Source: Myxococcota bacterium
GTDB taxonomy: Bacteria; Myxococcota; Myxococcia; Myxococcales; Myxococcaceae
Direction of reading: 5' to 3'
DNA: 33,710 bases
Assembly: GCA_049322255.1 (NCBI GenBank)
Contig: JBMORE010000023.1
Location: 1-33,710 of the forward strand
The stretch's first letter is position 1; each line of letters opens with the position of its first letter. The position numbers and the translations under genes were made by a program. Below, in pieces: positions 8,288-15,970 of this stretch. The notes under the pieces are model-generated. The model searched no databases, was not told the DNA's origin, and was given only the letters and a program-made list of their open reading frames with translations.

Positions 8288-9514
8288 ATGCGTTGGCAGT
8301 ACGCCTGTGCGCTCGTTCTGGCTGCGAGCGCCTGTCAAGAGGAGCAAGCGCCGGCCACCCCTGCGGACACCAAAGACATCCAGGGTGCCCGCTCCCCCCT
8401 CGTCGTCAGCGGCGCGGAGGTGCCCACGACCACCTCCCGAGTCGCCCCTCTGGCGGTGTGCCGATCTCGAGGCAAGGAGCCCTTGGAGGCCGCGCGCGCT
8501 TACTACGATGACGGCCAGTTCGACGACGCGCTGTCCTGCGCGGCGCAGTCGGCGGCCCTCTACCCCCAGGAGCCGCAGGCGCACTCGGAGCGGGGGGCGG
8601 CGCTGGCGGCGCTGGGGCGCTTCGACGAGGCCCAGCTCGCCTATGCCCGCGCGTTGGCGCTCGACCCCGACCACGTCGATGCGCTTCTGGGAGCAGCCCA
8701 CTTGTACGCGATCGGCTTGACCTCCAGCCGTGAGCGCGACGAGCTCGCGGTGCTGTACGCCGAGCGTGGCCTGGAGCTCTCCGAGCAGGCGAAGGACCAC
8801 GAGCTGTCCGCCCGCTTCGCGCTGCTTTCGGCGATGGCGTTCAACGACCTCGGCCATGCGCGCGACGCGCTCGAACGCGCCGAGCTGGCGCTCAAGTGGA
8901 GAAAGGGGGACGCCGAGGCGCGCTACGAGCGTGCGGTGGCGTTGTTCGAGCTCTGCCGTTTCCAAGAGGCGAAGGCGGCCTTTCTGCAGATTCTCGATGA
9001 TCCCCAGCGCACCGCGCATGCGCACCATCATCTGGGGCTGCTCCACGAGCGCGAGGGCAAGTGGCAGAGGGCGGAGAAGTACTTCGCCAAGGCCCGCGAG
9101 CTCGACCCGGAGGACTTTCCCCTCGCGCAGCCAATCAGCATCGAAGACTTCAGGGCCGAGGTGGCCATGGCGGTCGCCAACCTCCCCGAAGACATGAAGA
9201 AGGACCTGGCCCACATCCCCGTCACCGCGGAGGAGCTGCCCAAGGACAAGGACTTGCTCTCGGGCGATCCGCCCCTCTCCCCGGCCATTCTCGGGTTGTT
9301 CCGCGGGCCGCCCCTGGGCGAAGCGTGCACCCCAGGCCCCGGCGAAGACTCCAGGGAGCCCTGCCGGTCGGTGGCGCTCTATCGCAAAAACCTCGCACGC
9401 GCGGTGAAGAGCAGGGAGGAGCTGCTCGAGCAGATTCGGGTGACGTTGCTCCACGAGGTCGGCCACCTGCGCGGCGAGGACGATGACGAGCTGGCGGCCC
9501 GTGGGCTCGAGTAG
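8288..9514 (+). CDS. TPR-containing Zincin_1-type metallopeptidase lipoprotein
   Basis: Lipobox ASAC; several TPR-like repeats (ALAALGRFDEAQLAYARALALDPD); ILGLFRG, LYRKNL and TLLHEVGH (HExxH). Confidence 0.85.
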   Translation: MRWQYACALVLAASACQEEQAPATPADTKDIQGARSPLVVSGAEVPTTTSRVAPLAVCRSRGKEPLEAARAYYDDGQFDDALSCAAQSAALYPQEPQAHSERGAALAALGRFDEAQLAYARALALDPDHVDALLGAAHLYAIGLTSSRERDELAVLYAERGLELSEQAKDHELSARFALLSAMAFNDLGHARDALERAELALKWRKGDAEARYERAVALFELCRFQEAKAAFLQILDDPQRTAHAHHHLGLLHEREGKWQRAEKYFAKARELDPEDFPLAQPISIEDFRAEVAMAVANLPEDMKKDLAHIPVTAEELPKDKDLLSGDPPLSPAILGLFRGPPLGEACTPGPGEDSREPCRSVALYRKNLARAVKSREELLEQIRVTLLHEVGHLRGEDDDELAARGLE

Positions 9515-9526
9515 CCACCGGGGTGG

Positions 9527-10252
9527 TTAGCGCGCGCACCGAAAGCCCAGGTTGGAAAAACGAGCCGTCGGGCGCCAGGCGTTGCGGTTGGCGGTGCGAT
9601 TGAGCAGGGGGAGGGCGTTCCACGCGCCGCCGCGTGCGACCTTCATCGTGCCGTGGGCGGGCCCGGGAGGATCCTTCTTTGGCGCGACGGCATAGTAGCC
9701 CTCGTCGTACCAGTCGGCGCACAGCTCCCAGACCCCGCCGGCCATGTCGAGCGCTCCGTACGGTGAGGCACCCCGCGGAAAGGTGCCCACTTCGGGCGCG
9801 GCGCGCTTCCCGCTGCCGCGAAACGAACAGCGGCCCTCCTCCCACTGCTCACCCCAGGGGTAGAGCCGGCCATCGGTACCGCGCGCCGCCTTCTCCCACT
9901 CCGCCTCGGTGGGGAGCCGCTTGTCGACGAAGCGCGCGTACGCCTCGGCTTCGTACCAGCTCACTCCCACCACCGGCTGGCGTTCGCTGGTGACGTGCAC
10001 CCACTCTGGCTCGCCTGAGAACCTAGGGCGCTCCCAGCCTGCCTGCTCCTTGGCCGCCCAACCCGCTTCGCTCCACAGCTCGCGGCGGTGATAGCCGCCC
10101 GCGGCGACGAAGCGCGCAAACTCGGCGAACGTCACCGGCACCGGGTCGATCTCGAACTCGGAGAGGAACACCTCCCGGAGCGGCTGCTCGTCGAAGAGCC
10201 CCACTCCTGGCGGAGAGCCGCGCCCAAACGGCCCCGCGCTCACCCGCACCAT
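9527..10252 (-). CDS. Formylglycine-generating-enzyme (FGE-sulfatase/SUMF1) domain protein
   Basis: PVVGVSWYEAEAYA, RLPTEAEWEKAARG, YPWG, DMAGGVWE, RGGAW and LGFRC; ATG 10252 overlaps the upstream stop. Confidence 0.9.
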   Translation of the reverse strand: MVRVSAGPFGRGSPPGVGLFDEQPLREVFLSEFEIDPVPVTFAEFARFVAAGGYHRRELWSEAGWAAKEQAGWERPRFSGEPEWVHVTSERQPVVGVSWYEAEAYARFVDKRLPTEAEWEKAARGTDGRLYPWGEQWEEGRCSFRGSGKRAAPEVGTFPRGASPYGALDMAGGVWELCADWYDEGYYAVAPKKDPPGPAHGTMKVARGGAWNALPLLNRTANRNAWRPTARFSNLGFRCAR

Positions 10253-10749
10253 CAGCCACGCAGCCCCAGCTCCTTGCGCAGCCGGGCGGTGATTTGAAAG
10301 TACTCGTTGCGAGAGAAGCCGACGTTGAGGATGTGGAAGTCTTTGCCCGCCAGGCCCACGCAGCCGAAGCAGTAGTTGCACTCCGAGAGGTTCTTGCACA
10401 TCACCAGATAGGCGCTGTTGGCGCAGTTCTCCGACTGCACGCAGTAGGCGCAGCCGTTGCAGCTCTTGGAGTCGGTGCAGTGAGAGCAGTTGTTGCACAG
10501 CTCGCAGCGCTCGCAGTGTGTGCACCCGAAGCAGGCCTCGCACTCCTTGCAGAACATGCAGTTGGCGCAGCGGGCGCAGCCGGTGCACGCGTAGCTGCCG
10601 GGGTTGCCCGGGTCGGCGGCGAAGCCCCGCGTCAGGTGCGCCAGTCGCTCGAGGAAGTCGCGCTTGCCGAGCTGGGCGACCAGCGCGCGCGCTTCCCCCG
10701 CGGCGTCGGCAGCGGCAAGCGGCTTGGTCTTTTCCTTCGCGACGCTCAT
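10252..10749 (-). CDS. Cys-x-x repeat protein (165 aa, 21 Cys), function unknown
   Basis: CTGCARCANCMFCKECEACFGCTHCERCELCNNCSHC... ending CNYCFGCVGL..KDFHILN; ATGA overlap with the upstream gene. Confidence 0.82.
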   Translation of the reverse strand: MSVAKEKTKPLAAADAAGEARALVAQLGKRDFLERLAHLTRGFAADPGNPGSYACTGCARCANCMFCKECEACFGCTHCERCELCNNCSHCTDSKSCNGCAYCVQSENCANSAYLVMCKNLSECNYCFGCVGLAGKDFHILNVGFSRNEYFQITARLRKELGLRG

Positions 10750-11990
10750 GCCAGCGCTCGTGGTTCTAGCACCACCAGCACCGCGCCGCCGATGTTGTCT
10801 GGCTTGCCGTAGCGGGCGGCCATCTGGTCGAGCGCGTACCCGACGAGCGCAGCCACTGCGGCCGGGGCGCCCTCGACGTGGGCGAGGATCCGGCCTTGGT
10901 CTTCGGCGCACTTGTCGGCGTGCCACACGCCGCCGGGCATCTCCTCCAGCTCGCGGGCGTCGCCGATGCCGTCGGTCTCGGCCACCAGCCGATCGCCCGC
11001 CGTCAGCTCCCAGGTGGCGATGTCCGGGGTGTCGTCCTCGGTGCCTACCCCGCGGGAGAGGGCGCCGGCGAAGCGCAGCGCTAGCCCGGGAGGAATGTCG
11101 GGCATGTCGCCTGCGGCGACCTTGGCACCCATGTTGTGCAGCTCGGTTCGCCGCTTGAGGGTGCCTAAGCGGTCGAAGAGCAGCACCCGCGAGTCGCCCA
11201 CCGTCACCACGTACGCCTTGTGGTTGACGACCACCGCGCCGGCGAAGGTCGACACCGCCCCCACCCCGAGGGCGCGCACCGCCTCGCTGGCGGCATGGAC
11301 GGACTCGCGCAAAGCCTCTTCGGGGTCGGCGCCGGATTCGATTTTGCGCACCGCCTCTTCGAAGGCCCGCCCCGCCGCCTCGCTCGCGGCGCCGCTCTGG
11401 TTCTCCACTGCGCCCTCACCGCCCGCTTGGTCGAAGGCGCCGATCGCTGCCACCTCCGCCACGCCCGTGGCCAGGTTGGCCGCCCGCAGGCGCACGACGA
11501 CGCCATCTTCATTGATGGGCTTGTACTCCAGGCCCTGCGCCTCGGCGGTGGGGCCGCGGCAGGTGTAGCCCGCAGCCTCCACGGTGGAGCCGCACACCGC
11601 CTCGATGCGCTCCATCGACTGTGCGTCGCTCCCCAGGCGCGAGACGCTGACCGCCTCACCCGGCGCGAGCGTCGTTTCGCTCACCTCCAGCTGGGTCACG
11701 GTGCGCGGGGTGTACGGCAGCTGGAGAGCGTCGGGGGGACGCATCTTGCGCAAAGGAGGCCCCACCAGCGCCAGCAGGGCCTGAAGGTCAGCCACCTTGA
11801 TGCGGTAGAGCGCGTCGGTGTCTCGAACGCAGACCACGGTGAGGCCGGCGTCGTCGACACCCTCGACCCACACCTTGCCCGCCATGTTCTGGTTGCCCTC
11901 GGCCTCGGCGGTCATGGCGCGGCGGATGAGCCCCAGCACATGCTCGAGGTCGACCTGTGCGCCGGCGCTCTCTTCGTCCCGCGTCGCCAA
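10746..11990 (-). CDS. PP2C/PPM-family Ser/Thr phosphatase-like protein with unknown N-terminal domain
   Basis: KPINED, AFDQAGG, VGDSR, LSRGVG, ETDGIGD and PDNIG; start chosen at TTG 11990 after AAAGGA. Confidence 0.75.
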   Translation of the reverse strand: MATRDEESAGAQVDLEHVLGLIRRAMTAEAEGNQNMAGKVWVEGVDDAGLTVVCVRDTDALYRIKVADLQALLALVGPPLRKMRPPDALQLPYTPRTVTQLEVSETTLAPGEAVSVSRLGSDAQSMERIEAVCGSTVEAAGYTCRGPTAEAQGLEYKPINEDGVVVRLRAANLATGVAEVAAIGAFDQAGGEGAVENQSGAASEAAGRAFEEAVRKIESGADPEEALRESVHAASEAVRALGVGAVSTFAGAVVVNHKAYVVTVGDSRVLLFDRLGTLKRRTELHNMGAKVAAGDMPDIPPGLALRFAGALSRGVGTEDDTPDIATWELTAGDRLVAETDGIGDARELEEMPGGVWHADKCAEDQGRILAHVEGAPAAVAALVGYALDQMAARYGKPDNIGGAVLVVLEPRALA

Positions 11991-12021
11991 GAAACGTTCC
12001 TTTCCCGATAGGCGGCGTCCC

Positions 12022-12891
12022 TCAGCCGCGTACGCCCAAAATCTTCCGTGCCTCCGCCGGAGAGGCGATTGTCCGCCCTTCCTCCTGAGCGATCGTTGCG
12101 ATCGCCTCGATGAGCTGGCCGTTGCTTTTGGCCTTGGCCCCGTCGGGCAGATAGAAGGTGTCCTCCAGCCCGGTGCGCAGGTCTCCGCCCAGCCGCGCGG
12201 CGGCGCGATGCAACGCCCACACCTCTTGGCGCCCGATGCCAATCACCTGCCAGTGGGTGCCGGGAAGCATCTCCTCCGTCAGCATCGGCAACCAGGAGGC
12301 CTTGTTGGGCATGCCTGACGCGACGCCCATCACCAAGGAGACGTTGGGCGGGTTGGGCACCGTGCCCCGGCGGGCGAAGAGCGCCACTGAACGTAAGATG
12401 CCGGTGTCGAAGCACTCGCACTCGGGGACGATCTGGTGCTTCTTCATCACCGCGGCGAAGGCCTCGACCTTCTCCACCGGGTTGTCGAAGAGAAGGGGCG
12501 GCCAGGCCCACTCGTTGTTCTCGCGCAGCTTGAGGTAGTTGAGCGAGCCGGAGTTGAGGGCGGCCATCTCCGGCTTGACCCGCTCCAGACACGCCACCGG
12601 CCCGCTGATGTCGGGCCCGAAGACCCCCGTGCTCATGTTGATGAGCAGGTCGGGGCACTCGGCTTTGATTGCCGCGCACACGTCAGCGGCCACCTTCGGG
12701 TCCCAGGAGGGGAGGTGGCCCTTGCCGGGCTCTTGCTGGCGGAAGTGGCAGTGGACGATGGACGCCCCCGCGTCACGAGCGCGGCGCGCTTCCTTGGCCA
12801 TTTGCTCGGGAGTGACCGGAACGTGGTGTACATCGGGGTCGGTGAGGACCCCGGTGAGCGCGCAGGTGATGACGGCCTTGGCGTCGGACAT
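12022..12891 (-). CDS. Beta-keto acid cleavage enzyme (3-keto-5-aminohexanoate cleavage/DUF849 family)
   Basis: VITCALTG, PVTPEQMA, AGASIVHCHFR, INMSTG, PEMAALNSGSLN, PECECFD and RTGLEDT. Confidence 0.9.
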   Translation of the reverse strand: MSDAKAVITCALTGVLTDPDVHHVPVTPEQMAKEARRARDAGASIVHCHFRQQEPGKGHLPSWDPKVAADVCAAIKAECPDLLINMSTGVFGPDISGPVACLERVKPEMAALNSGSLNYLKLRENNEWAWPPLLFDNPVEKVEAFAAVMKKHQIVPECECFDTGILRSVALFARRGTVPNPPNVSLVMGVASGMPNKASWLPMLTEEMLPGTHWQVIGIGRQEVWALHRAAARLGGDLRTGLEDTFYLPDGAKAKSNGQLIEAIATIAQEEGRTIASPAEARKILGVRG

Positions 12892-13044
12892 GTTCGCCAG
12901 GCCTGATACACGCATCGCTGCGCTGCTTCAACGGTCGAAGAGCTTAGGAGATGAAGACGCGCCTCCCCTCACCGAATCATGAGGGGGATTCGCCGCCGTC
13001 GGCGTGCCGCAGGGAAGGGGGTTGGCGCCCGTGGGCGGCGGCGC

Positions 13045-13269
13045 TTAAAGCACTCTCGCCCGGGCGTCGAGGAACGCCTCCTGCCACGTGTCGCCCTGAC
13101 CAGAGATGGCACAGGCTTTCCCTAGGTGTCCGTCTCCCACCAGGCAACGATACGGCGCGAGCCTGCCGCGTCGGACACGGCCCGGGGCCTTTGACTGGGG
13201 CCGCAGACGAATGGCCCCGCTCGGGCCCCAGCGCCTCTTTGCTTCTGCCAACGCTTCTTTTTCGGTCAT
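13045..13269 (-). CDS. Small hypothetical protein (74 aa)
   Basis: GAGGGG SD and ATGA overlap with the upstream gene; ends GQGDTWQEAFLDA. Confidence 0.55.
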   Translation of the reverse strand: MTEKEALAEAKRRWGPSGAIRLRPQSKAPGRVRRGRLAPYRCLVGDGHLGKACAISGQGDTWQEAFLDARARVL

Positions 13270-13610
13270 GTCCCCTCGGGTTCTGCCAACTTGGAGTGGA
13301 TGAGGCGCTCCAGCGCCGCCTTCGCTTCAGATTTTGTGACACCGCAGGTCTCGAGCGATTGCACAAGCTCCAACAGTGTTCGTACCGAGGCTCGAAGCTC
13401 GCAAAGGTACAAACCGTCACCCGGCTGAACTCCGAGCGTCGCTGCCCACGCCGAGGTGGCCTCGTCGAAGGCCGCCCGACCGCCTTGCTCGCGGGATTTG
13501 GTCAGGGCCGTTTGGTACCGAGCCTCGGCCTCGACACCAAGGGAGGAGAGGCGAAACCTCTGGCCCCGCGCCCACCTCATCCCCTTCTCTCGTTCGAAAA
13601 TCGAAGCCAT
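13266..13610 (-). CDS. Hypothetical protein with possible C-terminal HTH
   Basis: GGGAG SD before ATG; C-terminal TLLELVQSLETCGVTKSEAKAALERLIHSKLAE is wHTH-like. Confidence 0.7.
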   Translation of the reverse strand: MASIFEREKGMRWARGQRFRLSSLGVEAEARYQTALTKSREQGGRAAFDEATSAWAATLGVQPGDGLYLCELRASVRTLLELVQSLETCGVTKSEAKAALERLIHSKLAEPEGT

Positions 13611-13627
13611 TGGGAGTCTCCCAGCCT

Positions 13628-14920
13628 TTAGCGTCTAGCGGAGCGATGGGCCAAGGAACGCTTCTTGTGCGTGCGAGCGTGGCGACCAGGTGATTTTCCG
13701 TGCGACCGGCCGGAGACGCCGTGGTTGCGCTGCGGTGGTCCCGGGTTGGCCCGGCGCTCGGCGAGGAGCTTTGCCTCCCGCTGGAAGATGGACGACTCGC
13801 GCGGCACCTCGGCCCGGGGCACCTGCGCCCGGGTGAAGCGCTCGATGTCACGCAGCAGGGGCAGCTCGTCGGGCGCTGCAAAGCTCGACGCTCTCCCGCT
13901 GGCGGCGGCGCGCGCGGTGCGGCCGATGCGGTGCACGTAATCCTCCGGCACGTGCGGCAGGTCGTAGTTCACCACGTGGCCAATCTCCGCTACGTCGATG
14001 CCGCGCGCGGCGATGTCGGTGGCCACCAACACCCGGTAGCGGCCGCCGCGAAAACCTTCGAGCGCATGCTCGCGCTGCGACTGGGAGCGGTCGGAGTGGA
14101 TGCGCGCCACCTTCTGCCCAGCGCGTTCCAGCGCACGCGCCACCTTGTCCGCGCGGCGCCGGGTGCGGGTGAAGACCAGCGTGCTGTCGTCGTCATCGGC
14201 CAGGAGCGCCAGTAGCAGCGGGGTCTTGTCGTCTTGCGGCACCTGGAAGACCCGCTGCACCGCGCGCTGAGCGGTGGTGCCGCTACGGCTCACCTCGACG
14301 CGGGTCGGGTGTGCGAGGTGCGCGTGCGCGAACTGCGCGACCTCGCCGGCCATGGTGGCGGAAAAAAGCATCGTCTGCCGCTTCCTGGGTAGCCGCGCGA
14401 GGATGCGGGTGAGCTGGGGCTTGAAACCCATGTCGAGCATCCGGTCGGCTTCATCGAGCACGAGAATCTCGATGCCGTCGAGCTGCACCGAGCCTTGCTG
14501 CAGATGATCGATGAGCCGCCCCGGCGTGGCGATGAGAATGTCGGCTCCGCGGCGAAGGTCGCGCAGTTGGTGCTGCATGCTCACGCCTCCGATGAGCGTC
14601 ACCGAGCGAAGCCCGCGCCGGCCTCCGAAGCGCTCCACGTGCTCGGCGATCTGGCTGGCGAGCTCCCGGGTGGGCGCCAGAACCAGGCCGCGGCTGCCCC
14701 TCTTACCCGATAGGCGCTCCACCATCGGCAGGGTGAAGGCCGCGGTCTTCCCGGTGCCGGTGGCGGCGCAGCCGATGAGGTCGGTTCCGGCGAGCGCGGG
14801 AGGAATCGCCCGCGCCTGGATAGGAGTGGGGTGCTCGTAGCCCGCCTCTTTCAGCGCACCCAGCGTTTGAGGGGACAGGCCCAAGGAGGCGAAGGAGCTG
14901 CCGACGGTGTCGTTGGACAA
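13628..14920 (-). CDS. DEAD-box RNA helicase (RhlE-like)
   Basis: Q motif GYEHPTPIQ, AATGTGKT, PTRELA, TPGRL, DEAD, SAT, ARGID and HRIGRTAR. Confidence 0.95.
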   Translation of the reverse strand: MSNDTVGSSFASLGLSPQTLGALKEAGYEHPTPIQARAIPPALAGTDLIGCAATGTGKTAAFTLPMVERLSGKRGSRGLVLAPTRELASQIAEHVERFGGRRGLRSVTLIGGVSMQHQLRDLRRGADILIATPGRLIDHLQQGSVQLDGIEILVLDEADRMLDMGFKPQLTRILARLPRKRQTMLFSATMAGEVAQFAHAHLAHPTRVEVSRSGTTAQRAVQRVFQVPQDDKTPLLLALLADDDDSTLVFTRTRRRADKVARALERAGQKVARIHSDRSQSQREHALEGFRGGRYRVLVATDIAARGIDVAEIGHVVNYDLPHVPEDYVHRIGRTARAAASGRASSFAAPDELPLLRDIERFTRAQVPRAEVPRESSIFQREAKLLAERRANPGPPQRNHGVSGRSHGKSPGRHARTHKKRSLAHRSARR

Positions 14921-14974
14921 GGTGTCTCCGGGGAGGGCCCGAGGGTGGCGGGGAACTGTAAGTCGTCTTGGCCA

Positions 14975-15170
14975 GCCCGCGCCGCCGATAGCGGGACGCG
15001 CTCAGCCCCAACAAGAACAGCCAAGGTAGCGCGCCTCCTCCCTGGCCACAATGGCACCCTGGTGGCAAAGCAGGTGAAGTTCCACGCGACCCCCGGCCCG
15101 CGGGCCTCCGGAGACGTTCCAGGCACGAGGTCGACGTTGGCGCCTTGAGGGTTGACCAGCGTGGGCGAAT
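14975..15170 (-). pseudogene. Possible remnant of a MYXO-CTERM surface-protein gene
   Basis: Minus frame reads GTSPALPPGCHCGQGGGALPWLFLLGLSASRYRRRG, with no intact gene body upstream and no stop after the Arg cluster; boundaries approximate. Confidence 0.4.
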
Positions 15171-15239
15171 CGGAGGCCGGCGCGCGCTGCGCGTGCTTGG
15201 AGCGCCGAGGTGGTCGCGGAGCGTGCGGAGGTGGGGCTC

Positions 15240-15635
15240 CTACGGAGGCCGAGCTCCGGCCCACAGCTGCGCAACCTTCCGGTACTCGTGAATGATGCCG
15301 TCGGCATGAACCAGGGTCAGCGCATCTGCGCGCGCCTGGACGACCAACATTCGATCGAAGGGATCTGGGTGAGCCCACTCCAGTAAGCCCGCAAGCTCTG
15401 AGTGCTCCTCATGGATGGGCAGAGGAAGAAAGCCATTGGCTCGGATGAGCTGCGAGGGCCGGCCGCTCATGTTCAGCTTGCCCTTCCGTATTTTGATCGC
15501 GATCTCCCAGATGCTGGCGGCGCTGATGAACACCCGGTTTTCGGGCAAGGCAATGGCCGCGCGGGCCGCTTCTCCGAGGAGTACATCGTTCCGGTCCCAC
15601 CAGAGCAACACGTGGGTATCGAGGAGCAGGTCCAT
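15240..15635 (-). CDS. vapC: VapC family PIN-domain toxin
   Basis: LLLDTHVLLW, ISAASIWEIAIK, HPDPFDRMLVVQA and LVHAD. Confidence 0.93.
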   Translation of the reverse strand: MDLLLDTHVLLWWDRNDVLLGEAARAAIALPENRVFISAASIWEIAIKIRKGKLNMSGRPSQLIRANGFLPLPIHEEHSELAGLLEWAHPDPFDRMLVVQARADALTLVHADGIIHEYRKVAQLWAGARPP

Positions 15636-15871
15636 CAGCGCCCTTCGAACTGGGCGACCAGCTCCGAATCCACCGCGTCAAAATCGGGAGCGATGTAGGA
15701 GATCTTCCCAGCATTCGCTGGCTTCCTTGCCTTCTTGGCCACTGGGAGAGCGACCAACTTGGCGAGAGGGACCCCGTTCTTGGAGATGACAATCTCCTCA
15801 CCCTCGGCGGCCCGGTCGACGAGGCTCGAGAGGTGAGTTTTGGCTTCATAGAGGCTGACGGGCTTCTTCAT
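15635..15871 (-). CDS. Phd/YefM family antitoxin
   Basis: VSLYEAKTHLSSLVDRAAEGEEIVISKNGVPLAKLV; AAGGA SD before ATG 15871; TGATG overlap with vapC. Confidence 0.92.
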   Translation of the reverse strand: MKKPVSLYEAKTHLSSLVDRAAEGEEIVISKNGVPLAKLVALPVAKKARKPANAGKISYIAPDFDAVDSELVAQFEGR

Positions 15872-15881
15872 CGGGGCGTCC

Positions 15882-15926
15882 TTGACCAACTTGACCAATT
15901 TTAGTGCTCGACCCAGCTGGGATCAA
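15882..15926 (-). promoter_or_regulatory. Sigma70 promoter and tandem operator of the TA operon
   Basis: Minus strand TTGATC (15926-15921), 17 nt, TAAAAT (15903-15898), followed by two TTGGTCAA boxes (15898-15891, 15889-15882). Confidence 0.7.
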
Positions 15927-15970
15927 GCCTTGAGCACCTCGCTCGTCCGGATAAGGTGTCTCAGGTTGTC

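Noticed and set aside
9527..10252. FGE-sulfatase domain as a diversity-generating retroelement target
   Set aside because: No reverse transcriptase and no template/variable repeat pair seen in the window
9527..10588. 353-aa version of the FGE ORF and other extended ORF starts (5130, 6083, 10926, 12242, 19606)
   Set aside because: The extensions overlap neighbouring genes; shorter starts give canonical stop/start overlaps or SD sites
10252..10749. Cys-rich protein as a multiheme cytochrome or ferredoxin
   Set aside because: No CxxCH motifs, no signal peptide and no CxxCxxCxxxCP signature
12964..12988. CCCCTCA/TGAGGGG hairpin as a riboswitch or ncRNA
   Set aside because: Only a 7-bp stem with no recognisable aptamer; may simply be a weak terminator or repeat relic
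12951..13631. 226-aa plus-strand ORF with AGGAG before the ATG
   Set aside because: The SD abuts the ATG with no spacer, the sequence is low-complexity, and it overlaps two better minus-strand genes
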